NCBI GenBank assembly: GCA_040954595.2
Contig: CM082581.2
Span: forward strand, 13,961,921 to 14,025,920
Source of the DNA: Balanoglossus misakiensis
Lineage: Eukaryota > Animalia > Hemichordata
Length of the DNA stretch: 64,000 bases
Direction of reading: 5' to 3'
Position 1 is the first letter of the stretch. Every line of letters starts with the position of its first letter. This document shows, in pieces, positions 1-25,900 of the stretch. Both the position numbers and the translations under genes were made by a program. The notes beneath the pieces are model-generated. The model saw nothing but the letters and a program-made list of their open reading frames with translations, was not told the origin of the DNA and did not search any database.

Positions 1-753
1 TTTGATATTCCACCCCTTGAGGAAACAGGCAAGGATGAACCATCGGAACAAGTGGTGACAGAAGGCGATCAACAGCCCAGCAGTGGCAGTGTTGGGGATG
101 ATCAAGACATAATCATCCTCCCACAGGAAGACATCTCAGCAGAAGTGTATGTCGTTGACAAGGAGATGCCGGAAGAAGACACATTGCTGTCCCGTGGAAG
201 TCAGGGAGGTACACCAGATACAGAAGCAGACGACCAAGTGAGTCCATCAGAAATGGGAGGTGTTGGGGAGGAGACCGGCGGGAATATAGATGGGTTTGAT
301 GATAAACGTGATGAAGCAGGAACTGCAGCAGCCCTTAACGATCTTGCAGGTGAAGTCTCCAATACAGAAAACATGCAGTCAGAGTTTTTTGGCGATCGGC
401 AACCAGAAGCCGAGTTGAATTTGAAGGCAGAGGATGAAGAGAAAGAAGAGAATATTAGCCCAATAGTAAGCGAGGATCCAGAAACACTTGGTGAGGTGGA
501 AAATGTTGGTCAGGTTGATGAGATGCCATCGGAACAAAGTCTGCAAGATGAGCTTCCAGTTAGTGATGAAAGTACAAAAAATAGAGAGACAGATGCTGAG
601 CAGGTGCCTGAAGTCCAAGATGATGATGATGATAAAAGTGTAGAAACCAAACCAACAGAACCTGCAGAATCCTCTAACAGATTTCTTCGCATCAGTGCTG
701 CACTTGTTGTTGCTGTTGGGCTTCTATTTCTAGTTTACAAAGTCAAAAAATAA
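1..753 (+). CDS. 3' terminal exon (5'-partial) of a very acidic, low-complexity protein with a C-terminal transmembrane anchor (tail-anchored protein, identity unknown)
   Basis: Frame is open from base 1 (FDIPPLEETG...) to TAA at 751-753. The sequence is D/E-rich and ends in hydrophobic ISAALVVAVGLLFLVY followed by basic KVKK-stop. Confidence 0.7.
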   Translation, partial: FDIPPLEETGKDEPSEQVVTEGDQQPSSGSVGDDQDIIILPQEDISAEVYVVDKEMPEEDTLLSRGSQGGTPDTEADDQVSPSEMGGVGEETGGNIDGFDDKRDEAGTAAALNDLAGEVSNTENMQSEFFGDRQPEAELNLKAEDEEKEENISPIVSEDPETLGEVENVGQVDEMPSEQSLQDELPVSDESTKNRETDAEQVPEVQDDDDDKSVETKPTEPAESSNRFLRISAALVVAVGLLFLVYKVKK

Positions 754-3096
754 GACTGAACTTTCCATTTAGTATGGCAAAGAGATTACAAAGTGAAACA
801 CAACTAGAAAACTGGAAAAGGCTTTTATAAATAGAAGATGATGGGTCAAACAGAACTTAGGTGAAAATTAGAGTACATTTGGACAGATTATGATGTGTCA
901 CTAAGCAACACTTGGACTGCATAATGTTGTATATTTTTTCACATCTATGAAGAAATCTGCATGTGTATGCCGTCAAGCTGTGAAAAAATGGAAGGAAATT
1001 TCAGTATGTTACAGATTGACCATTATACCTGTAATGCCCTCATCATCTCGGTTCCTTCAGGTCAGAAGATACTAGAAAGGTATCTCACTTTTGATTTGCG
1101 GGCACTAAGATTGCATCGCATGTAGCCCACTGATGATGAAAAAAGCCTGGGGGTGATCAATCTCATGACCTTTAACCTTATTCCAATATGGCGACCAAAA
1201 TGACTGCCATATTGTAATGTGTGTGTATTTTATTGCATAGAGAAAAATATCAGAAAACTTGCGACTGTGACTTGCAATGAAAATAATCCTGTTTGCATGT
1301 AATTTTTAATGCAGGCATCAGTGCTAATGTAGTTCATACAACTAACAAAATAATTTACAAGGACTTGAAAAGATGTGATGATTTGTACAATTTGCCTTGA
1401 GCTTTTGGTACGAAATGCAAGTGCAGAATATTTTCTGTATTTTTCTGAAATAATTTCCATAAACCTAGATTTACAAATAGACTATGCAGAGCTTTGTGCT
1501 GCTCATATATATATAGCGACAAATATTGTAATAATCGTGGAATTGTAAAAATTGCATGTTTCTATTTCTAACAAGGTAGAGTCTGTCAAAGAAGATTGTG
1601 TAGTACTAATTAAAATCAGGCAAGTTGAAAAATGTGGAAAACCTGCAGGAATATATTTTAGCTCCTTTTGTATTTTGTTTGGAAGTTTTTGATTCAATAG
1701 AAATACGAATTGTCTTCACTCTATGCTGAAAGTGGATAAAATTGCTTTTTTCTTTGCATCTCATTTGTGAACTTTTCAATGAAATGATAATCAACTAAAA
1801 TATTTAATAAATGATAAAAAGATTCTTGGGCATCAGATATATCTTCAGATAACTGATGCTGTATTTATGAGAATTGTAATAAGACTAATATATGTAGTTA
1901 ATTATAGTTAGAGCATTTAGAAATGTGTGTAAATGTATTGTTACCATACTGCAAGATTTCTGTGAATGAAATGTCCAAGAAAGAATGCTGTGTTTGTCGT
2001 TCATGAAGAGTGACTGAACAAAGAAAGCACTGGTTCATTTTGAATCACAGAATCCGGCCCAGGGAATGTTGGTTACCTGGACTGGAGAATCTGTTGCAAG
2101 ATGTGCTGTCTGTCGGTCGAATCTTAGAAAGAGCTTCAGGCGATGGTTTCTCTGCTTTATAGTTTAATACCAAGAACAGTTTTATTCTTGAATTGAGACA
2201 CGAAATACATGGGGTGGCTCTTCACCACACACACTGCACGCACACACACACATTATTTGGATGTTCTGCATAAACCGTATGCTCCCCAATTTGGAATACT
2301 TGCCCAGAGGATCAGGGATCTATGTAAGCAGGTAAACACATTCAATCTACAATATGTTTATGTTGTACCAATGTGTGACAATGTTCTATATTTCCACTAG
2401 TGTTACATAAAATACTGCTGCTATTTACAGCAATATAAATGTTGGCGAAAAAGTTCACAAAATCTGAATAGTAAGATTTTCAGCCAAAGAATCCTGAGGA
2501 AATAACTGCCTAATTGTATTTTTAAAATTCAAACACACAGAATTACAGCTCTATCAGCATGCAGGTTCAAATGCAAGGACCAAGGTCAAAGAAGTATGGT
2601 TGCCATGGGCGCCACACGCCAGTGTCCTGAGATCTGTCGGAAAGTTGCGAAACAACTGTTTTGAGGTCAGAGGTCAGTAGCAGGGTTTTCTCGTATTTAC
2701 ACATAGCTGGAAGTTGTGTGGTATCCAACAAAGCCCAGTGATATGGGTATTTTCTTTCAGGGTCGCAAAAACGTGACCACTAAAATGGCCTTGTATTGGC
2801 ATTGGCAATCACCATTTAATATTAATTCTTAACCACTCTAATTTTTAACAGCAGAGGAATACAGTCGGCGTCCTTTGATCGGAAATAAATCTCTAATGAC
2901 ACCTGGATTGCAGGTTTTCGAATAAAAAATTTGAAAATTGATAAGGAAGGCACCATTTGTAATAATAACCAGTCTGTACATTGTATCAGTAATCAAAACA
3001 TTTTTACTACACTGCAAAGAAATGAAGTTCCATCCGCACAAAAAAAACGAGACAAACCACAGGAGAAAATATTTTGTACAATATTAAATAATTACA

Positions 3097-5347
3097 CTAG
3101 ATTTTCCCAGCTTTTTCCATTTCCTGCAAACAAAAAAGAAGAAAAAAAGTTTTACTTCAGATCAAATATTGTCCAACAAATGTGTAGAGCATTTCCTAAA
3201 TAGTCACACCAAATCTTCCAAATCAGATTTACTTCTGATATAAGCGTGGATTACAACCAGCAAATGTTGCCCAAACCTTGTATATAGTAGTTCCTATTTG
3301 CGCAGGAGACATTGTGACAGCCACACCAGCATCTTTCAAAGCCTGGATCTTTTCCTTGGCACCTCCTTTGCCGCCAGCGATGATAGCACCTGCATGTCCC
3401 ATTCTTCTGCCTGGGGGCGCTGTTAATCCAGCAATAAAGGCAGCGACCGGTTTTTGATTTTCACCCTGAATGTAAAAAAAAGTGAGAATGATTGATAAAA
3501 TACTGCAATGTGTATTTTTTGCAATTATTCTCACAATAACCAAAAGGATACAAAGTGTGTCTGTGACTTTGTGCTACTTGGTTGCAAATGGTTGTAGCAG
3601 TCTCACTGTGCTGCTTGGAATCAATTGGTTGTAAATCATGTCTTACTGTGTTGTATTCTCTCAGGAACTCAGACGCTTGTTCCTCTGCTGTGCCGCCAAT
3701 TTCACCGATCAAAACAATTCCTTCTGTATCTGGATCTTTGAGGAAGACATCTAAACAATCGACAAAGTTTGTGCCGTTGAAAGGATCACCACCAATACCT
3801 GTAAAATGATAAACCATGAATGAGTAAAATCTGTTTCACCAATATTCCCCTTTTGCAGCTAGAATGCTACTTATCCGATTCCACTCGTGGACATGAATGA
3901 AGACTGGCCACTCACCCACACAGAGCGACTGGCCAAGATCCACTGCCGTTGTCTGAGCCACAGCTTCATAAGTTAACGTTCCAGATCGTGATACAATTCC
4001 AACTTTACCACTCTTGTGAATATGTCCTGGCATGATACCGATCTTACACGCTCCAGGCTGAAATGAAAACAAGTCATCAGTCAAACAAGTGTAGAGACTA
4101 AGACATGTCATGGATCACTTTAAGTAGACTTGCTTCTGGCTTTTAAATCACATCTACAGTATATTCTTTACTTAATGATGCACACTGTGACCCTCTGTAA
4201 GACTGTTTGTACACATGTTGCACATTTTAAGTAATACATGTACATGTACATATGTTCTTGTCATGTATTTTACCTTGATGATGCCTGGACAATTGGGACC
4301 AATTAATCTACTTTTGCTCTGCCTTATGAGACGGTGTTTGACCTTGACCATGTCTTGTTGGGGAACGCCTTCAGTGATGACAACTATGAGGCCAATTTCA
4401 GCATCTATCGCTTCTAAGATGGCATTGGCTGCGAAAGGTGGTGGCACGTAAATCACTGTTGCGTCACATCCAGTTTTGTGTTTTGCCTGGAAAAAAATTC
4501 ATAGAACAACACCAGTAAGTCATTGAAAAAATCCAAAACATGAGCAATATCAGACTACAAAATAAGCACAACAGTGAACTGATACTTAAAATATCTAATT
4601 ACCTCCTCAACTGTATTAAACACAGGCAGATCAAGATGTCTTTGGCCGCCTTTGCCAGGAGAGACGCCACCGACCATTTTTGTTCCATACTCCAGAGCTT
4701 GCTGCGAATGAAATGTACCTTGTTTACCAGTGAAACCTTGTGTAATAACCTTGGTGTTCTTTGTCAATTGCATGTTGGCCCTTGAGTCAGAATAACAGTG
4801 CCTTACAGCCAACCTCTGAACTGTTGAAAAAATAAAGGATTGAGAGGAGTTAGTGAGTCTATCAGATGATTTTTCACTGTAAAGAGAAACATTGTGTGTA
4901 AATCAGTAAGTGTACATGATCATGGTCGCTGCAGTACACCTGCTACGCCTACTTGTACCCTGGGCCTGGTGGCCAATAGCAATCATCAGAGAATGTCTCA
5001 GACAACGTTCCGGTTGCATGTTACGAGCGTCAGACTTTAACGCTGATACATACATCTCGTGGGAGGCGCGTTTCACAGCTGATTTCTTTCCGAATAAAGA
5101 TTTTACGAGTCACGTAGACCGTGCAAAGTTAAAAACCTGAACTTTGATCGATGCACGACAGATACAACGTGGTATGATGGCTTACACGCTATGACTTTAC
5201 AAGCTTTTCACGATCTTAATTATCATTCTATTAAGGTAAAACTTACAAGCATTTCAGATTTTGTAAATCCTATAAAAATATCACATTAAGAGGACTGAGA
5301 ACACATATCTTACCAACTGTTCGCGTGAAAACCCTGGCGGCAGCCAT
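3097..5347 (-). CDS. SUCLG1: Succinate-CoA ligase alpha subunit, mitochondrial (multi-exon)
   Basis: Exon 1 5347-5314 ([11 protein letters not shown], transit-peptide-like). Later exons encode [52 protein letters not shown] and the phospho-His motif RRMGHAGAI. Last exon 3123-3097 (EMEKAGKI*) follows a strong polypyrimidine/CAG acceptor. Confidence 0.96.
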
Positions 5348-5495
5348 TTTTGGGATCAAGGCCGGTACCATGATCCTTTGCGAATGTTTGTTCATTATGG
5401 GGCGCCATCACACGACACTGTTCATCTATTATGCAAATAAAACGCAGGTCATTCGTTTACACTGGCGGCCATTTTTTGCGCATGTTGTGGGAAGC
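5348..5495. promoter_or_regulatory. Bidirectional promoter SUCLG1/SNRNP200
   Basis: Divergent ATGs (5347 and 5496) are only 148 bp apart. The region is CpG-rich, with YY1-type GCCATTTT motifs (about 5343 and 5468) and octamer ATGCAAAT at 5431-5438. Confidence 0.75.
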
Positions 5496-18766
<13,271 letters not shown>

Positions 18767-19948
18767 GATAATCTTGATCCAGAGATTAACCCTTCTCATT
18801 GGCGTGTTGGATAAGAAGAAAACTGCAGTATGTGATTATTCACTTTTGACATCAGATATACCAGCAGTCATTTGACACCCACTTATCAATTGCTGCTTGT
18901 GCGTATTGTGTTTTCCCAACACTGATGTTTGATAGCCATTTGCCATTCTGACTTGTACCAAAGTAATAATCCCTTCTTTGTGAGAGGTGACCCTGTCTCC
19001 CCCCTGATCCTGTGTACATAGACCCATTCATACCCTGGAAAAGTATAGGACGACTATAGTTATAGGGGTGTCAAGTTTTTTCATAAATATCCACTATCAT
19101 GTGATTAAGAGTTGTATAGATCACACAGTTTCATTGTTTCTTTATGGAGAAAAATCTGCTGTTGTGAATTTTAGTGATATTTTCAGAACAGTGGAATCTG
19201 AGTTAAACTTATATACAAGTGTCATGAGTAGCATAGACATGTGACTTCGCAAAAGAAATGTAAAAACACATCTCTTGTGTACCAGTTGAAGGAACAGATA
19301 TTGTAAATTGTCAAGATATTTTTTGAAGAGATTTTGTCAAAGAAATTCTATGTGGGTATGTTCCCTTTTATACCCAAACCAACCAGGATCAAATGTCAGT
19401 TATTTCATGTAATTTTTGTGAGGTTTTATGACTTTCATATTACTCTGTCCCTTTTTTTTGAGCTTTTAATGTTTTTTGTTTATGCCATAAAATATAAGAA
19501 AAAAAAAACCCACATGTCTTAGTAAGGTTTATTAACATTTTTATTACAATATTAGGGTTCAAATCTTGAATCTTTCGTATAGAATAGCGAATTCAATGTA
19601 CAAACCGCAAAGCTGTTATAGCAAGTAATAATACAAAGTGTAACATTTTCAAGGATATATACAATTATTTGAAATATACAAAAGACAACTACACACCAAA
19701 TACGGATCAATCTTGTACATCAATCAAATTGAATTTGGGATTTTTAAACTACTCAGGTTTAGTGTTAGCCAAGTAGTTGAAATCAACGCCTGCAAACTTT
19801 TTTTTATGGTATAATGTGGTCTCTAAAAAAGGCTCAAAGAATACAATGTTTGGGACGGAAACTTGTACTGGTAGAGTAAAGATGTATCATTGGGATGGAA
19901 ATGTCACTTTTGGTCACTACAAAACAGTCCTTGTGTAAATTTCAACTG

Positions 19949-22900
19949 TTAGTGCTCAACTTGCACCAATGCTGGGAATGTCCTCATTCGGAGTCTCTCC
20001 ACTTCCGCTCGCAAGACTGCCACTTCCTGTGCTTGTGCTTTGGCCAGGTCGACCAGTTTACGTCTCTGCACGATGTCATGCATTCTCTTCTCGGCGCCAG
20101 AGTCTGCGTGTCTGTCAGCTACAAAGAAAGAGCATTCCATTTTAGTAACCATTTGGACCTTGTTCCCACAAGCAAACTTTGTTTGGCAAGGACATGTATA
20201 TAAAACTTACCATTGACTTCATCGATGTGTTTTCTCTCTGCCACCGAAACGTTAAACTCTTGTAATTCCCTCATCAGTTTGCCGTTCTCTTTTTCCTTCC
20301 TGCGAATGACTTTACGAATATTTGCCAAAATGTCCTTGCGCTCTCGCACATTCTTTTCGTGGTGCTGAAGAAAGAACAGAAAAAGTAAGAAATGTAGTTT
20401 ACAACATATCAAGGACTGGCAGTATGTATGATACAAGACTGCAAACGTTTGTGTCAAGATCAGTCCATCCATCTCCATCTGTGATTCTATTCACACTTAC
20501 TCTGTCTTGCAGGTCCAGGGTTTCCTCCAGTTTTCCAATTTCTTGTTGCTTCTTGGATTCATGATCTGCATCATTCAAGTACTGTTGAAACAAAACAAGA
20601 TACTGATGACATTTTTACATCTCGGAGATTCTGCAAAAACTGGCAAGGCAGAATCTAGCTGTATTGCTATAATGTTTACTTTGTGTGATTTTCATCCAAA
20701 CAGGGATTTCTCAAGTAGTTCTCTCTCAGCTGAACCACAGATTGCAAAGTTTGCTTGAAATATCGAGTGGTGAAAGAGGAAAATCATGGCCTGAGCATTC
20801 TATTACCTTTTGCAGTTCCCTGGAAACTTTCAATGATTGGATGTCACGGGCTTTGTTCAAGAAATCTTCAATTTTCATCAAATTCTTGTTGTGTTCCCTG
20901 TAAAAGTAACGTTCCAATGTCGTAAAACAAAGTGCAAATTGAGTATAACAACTACTGGTACATGGCCAAATCTTGAAGACAATCATCATCATTGTTGCCA
21001 CCGCTAACATGACACAAAACTTGTCACATGTGCTGATAAAATAATCAACTCCTAGCTGTGTATATCCAGTGACATTGCCTTAAAAAAAAACCCCAAATAA
21101 CTCACCATTCCAAAACGTGGATTCCTTTCCTGAAGTCTTTACTTTCTGTCATCGCTAGAATCTTTTGCTCACCCAATTGCTATAGAAAAAAACATGCTTT
21201 GTGATTATTTCACACTTGACTTTAAAAATTTTCTACTTGGGAAAAAAAAAACTTTCATAAGTGCCAAATGCTGAGGTTGTACCATAAGCACGGTATCAAA
21301 CAGGGACTAAACTCACCCGTATAGTAGCATTGAGATCTTCTACAACACCACGGTGGATCAATATACTGTCTGAATGGTCATAGACAAACGGTCCTGAGTC
21401 AACTTCAACTTGACCTTGCTTGAGTAAGAATTGGACTTCAAGGTTGCACATGAAGCGTAGCTTTTCTTCTTGAACACTGTCATCAAAGAAGCAAAAAGGA
21501 AGGAATGCTTAATTCAATTTTCCCAGGCATAATGCAACTTTGCTACAGTATGATATCTTTCAAATGAGACATCCAAAGATGCAAGTTGGGTTTCTTTTGA
21601 AACTTACTGATTGAGTCTTTCAACAAGCTCATCTATTTCTGCTTTCAGACCTTCATCTTCTTCTTGTCGTCGTTGCAAGAATGCATTCATGTCTGCCATC
21701 ACCAGTGCTTTCTGTTTGACCTGTGTTTCAAGTAAAAAAAAGAGCGGTCAGGCTAACAACAAACAGAATCACAGTTTTCCATTTCTGGCACATATTATCC
21801 ACCAAACATCACACATATACTGACTGGCTAGGAGGGTATAAAATCTGATATACAAAACTCACATTTTGTTCGCTTTCAATCTTATTTTTCCTGGCCAAAC
21901 ACATTCTCTGCCAAATTGACAATTCTACGCCTTCCGGCATGTGGGACTCGTCATCCAGTTCCACAAGACCCTTCAGCAAGTTGGACAGCTGTTGCCTTGG
22001 CGACATCGGACGCTCTCCATACACATTCATAGGCAGCCTATCCATGCTGTGTTCTGCAATCCTGCGTCCTCTGAAAGGTCAAAGGTCAAAAAATGATTAA
22101 CATGCAAGCTGCCATGTGCTTTTACTCATAATGTATTCAAATTTGACCTGTGTCACATTTGCATAAAATCCAGGTGTCATGAAGCACATGGAAGTGTCTG
22201 AATCTCGTGTCTAGACACAAATTTCGCCAGATTCAAATGAAATTTTGGACATCCTTGGCAGCAACCTGCAATGCTTTCTCTGAAAGGTTGTTCATTCCTG
22301 TACCTGGGTCGTCTTCTGAACAACTTGTAGAGCTGCTCCACTTGTGACAAGGGCACATCGGAAAATTCCCGTCGGAAGACTTTGTCCAGCACTTTGTCTT
22401 CTGCAACCAGGATGTCATAGGTATCCCGGAACTGATCCGATTCTTTCTTAGCATTGATCACAGCAAGGTGAGTGGTTGTCTGTAAAATATAAAATTTTCA
22501 TTAATATGAGCTTGTTTAGATACGTCAACATAAAATACACAACATTGGTGGGGATTCCAACCTCATATGATTTCAATTCAGTAGAGGGTATTCTTCAACA
22601 AGAAAGAGCTGTAGTCTACAATGTACTTGCCTTTTTTGTTTGCCTGGATTTCAATCTCCTAGCCATTTCTGACTCCTTGGTTCCAAGCTCTTCCTCTTGT
22701 AGCAATGAAAATTGAAGTCTTACTATCTTCAACTCCTCCTGTTAATTACAACATAATTATCAAATTGTATTACATGAATTAGTATTAACTATATGTTTCA
22801 TGTAACTTCCAGGTAACAAACAAAACACAACAAAATTTGCACATTTCACAGTGATGCTTACTGCCAGAACTACGGGATAATTTTTACCTGGTTAATGACC

Positions 22901-25900
22901 ATCTCTGTTTTAATCTTTCTCTGGAAGAGTTCTGTCAGTTTGTCATCAAAGTTGGCCGAGGTGTCAGCTAGGGTGGTCTGTACTTTCTTCAGTTCAGACT
23001 CCAGAGTCTGAAAAGAAAATAAGAAAATTTTAATCCTAGACTCTAATGTTTCAGACATAACTGCATCAGCCAGCTGTTCATTAGGGTTGACTCGTAGTAC
23101 TGACAACCCTATCGATACTTACTTTACGATATTTCTCTCGTTCCTCATTGAGTTCTTTCACTTTCTTTTCATACTCCATTGCTGCTTTCTTCTCATCTTC
23201 AGACCATTCCTCTTGCGGTTTGTTCATGAACGTTGGAACTGGAATATCCTAAGAAGAAAACTAGGTGTTCATTGTCTCGTTTTCATAAAAATCACAACTT
23301 TAGATTTTTTCCATAGCGTTTAACACAGAGATTGGTGGCCATTTTGAATGTCAAATTTGAGAAACTTAATCCAAATGTGTCTCTGTCATGATCATCTTAC
23401 ATAAAGTACAAAAGTGGCATGATATCAAGCAAAGATCTCTCACCTTCTTCAACTCATCTTCTTTCTTGACTTCCAAGACGCCACCCATCATCATATCCAA
23501 TGCCCTTTCTCTGGCATTATCCGCCTTCTCTTTTAGTTTTCTCGCCTCCTCCACCTTGGCTTCTTCATCCAGTTTCGCCTGTTGCTCTGGAGATATGTAC
23601 TTCTCAACTTTCACCTGTATTTTGGAATGGATAAATATTTTGTCTTTAATAATATACACAGACATGGCTGCCATTGAAAACTTAAAACTCAATCCAACTA
23701 ACCCCTGACACTGAGTATAAGGTTAGAACTGATGGTCAGGCAAATAAAATCATTTGCATAAACAATGGAATGACTTCCATTTATACCTCACTGTCATCGA
23801 CTTCCAGCAACTGTTCCGGTTTCTCATCAATGGTCCATTCCGGTTGCCACACTGAATCCTTGCTGTCCAAATCCTCCAGGATTTTCCGGATTCTCAAGTT
23901 CTTCTCCTTGATTCTTGCCAACTCCATTTCTTTCATCCTGTAGACCTCGTCAAACTCTTTGTTGTATGCTGTCTTGATGCGATGGATTGCATCCTGTTAA
24001 CGCAAAGACAATGAATACACTGAATATGGATGCATGTTTGGATGACAGTCAAGTCTTCTTCATGTGAAACTTGTTAGGTTCTATCTGCCCACCCTTCCTC
24101 TCCTATATATTTGTAAAAAGAAATCAATGAAAACCTTGACTGAGACTTACTTTGAGAAGAATAATTTGGTTCTGTTTCTGCTGCTTGGTGTGGAGTTCAA
24201 ACTGACTATAGAAGAGATCGCTACCACCGCCATACATTGCACCGAGACTACCGGTTGTTGATGGTAGTTCTTTGCCATCTCCTTCCTCCGATTCATCATC
24301 TAACTCCTTCTCTTCGTGCTCGGCCTGGAAACGGGATGAAAGAGAATTAATGAGTCAATATGTCAGTGTGAGATTAAAATAATTATATGACTCGAACAAA
24401 ATTACCAGTAAACACCAACAAGACAGTAGTACCCATGAGAATTTATCCAGAGTTGCAGACAGCCTCTCAAAGGCCTGTGCAACAGGTAACGACAATCCTA
24501 AACTTACCCCAGTGCTTGGTTTACTAGGCATCTCCATAATTTCTTTCCTTGCATCCATTTCAGCAACTTCAATTTCACGGATTTTGGTGATGTACGCTAA
24601 GACCTGTTTCTCTTCTCGGGTTCTGTCTCTCATTGGATAGTTGGTCACTTCTAACGGTGAATGGAATGCCTGCATAATAATTGACATCCATGTTCGGGTT
24701 TTAGAGGATACTTAGCATTGAGTGTGAAAGTTTCTTGACAATCTGTAGTAAACTTTGATGAGCGGGAACTGAGAATTTAAAAAACAAGTGACATACCTTA
24801 AGACTTCTTCCCTTGACAAGCATGGACTCCCAACACATCTGTTTCACCATGTCTTTCAGATATATCATGGCAAGGTTCTCATATTCAATCTCTTCACGGA
24901 TCTGCAATACAGAGGGATTACATGGTTACAGACTTGAACAGCTATCAGAATAAGGATCATCTATGCTTGTTAAGTACAGACACCACTGATGTACCACATT
25001 GAATTTATAACTGCATCTTTAATGTCATCTCATCTCACCTCTTCAACTTCAGCCTTGCCTTCTTCTTGCAGTCTAGCTTGTTCTTCCACATCCAGATTAA
25101 ATTCTTGGTGGGTCAGTCTCTCCATCTCTGGCAAAGTATCATTCTGCTTCATCATGGTTTGGATCTAAAAGTGAATTCCAACCAAAAAGAAGTTGGGTAT
25201 ATTCAAGAACACGTTGAATTTGCAGAAAAACAAATGAGAATACTTAAAAGTGCCTGAATGTTTCACTTACAGTTCTTCTGAGATCTCTGATTTCTGTTCT
25301 CAGATCTTTCTTCGTATCTGCATACTGTTTATCTTCTTCCTTGATAGCCTGTGAATGTCAATGAGTTCCCTCTCACCATTAATTTTCTCTCTCTCACATT
25401 TCTTGGCATATTCAAGTGGCAATACTCCATTGGAATCCACCTTACAAGTCACCAAGCTCGGAGCCAATGATGGACAACAGTCTTGAGAAAGATACCACGT
25501 TTGAACTATTCAATGCAACTACATGACATGGCCATTGGGAGGACAAAACCTTACCTCAAGTTCTCTCAACTCCATCCACGTGGCATCAGAGCCCGGTATC
25601 GGTGTGGGCGTGCTGTAAATCTCATCATTCTGCAGCGCTTTCTCCTTCTCTGACAATTCCTGTGTGTCTTTCTCCACCACTGAGGGTGCCCTGGATCCTG
25701 ACTGAGATGCTGTGGGATACCAGTCCATCATGTTGGCCAACATCTCGTCTTCCTTCTTCCGGACGCCGTTCATCGCAACGTTCAGAGTTCTGCTCATTTC
25801 AACGGCTGATGCGTATTTGTTCTTTCCCAATGTGGTGAAGCTGAATGCACAGAAGATAAAATATTGATTGCTCATCATCTAACTTGAATTACCAGCGTTA

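Noticed and set aside
1184-1214. CAATATGGCG...TGCCATATTG short inverted repeat
   Set aside because: A small YY1-like palindrome in a 3' UTR; too short to assign a function.
3542-3551. U12-type donor motif GTATCCTTTT on the minus strand
   Set aside because: It lies mid-intron. The upstream SUCLG1 exon already has an in-frame GTAAG donor at ~3646.
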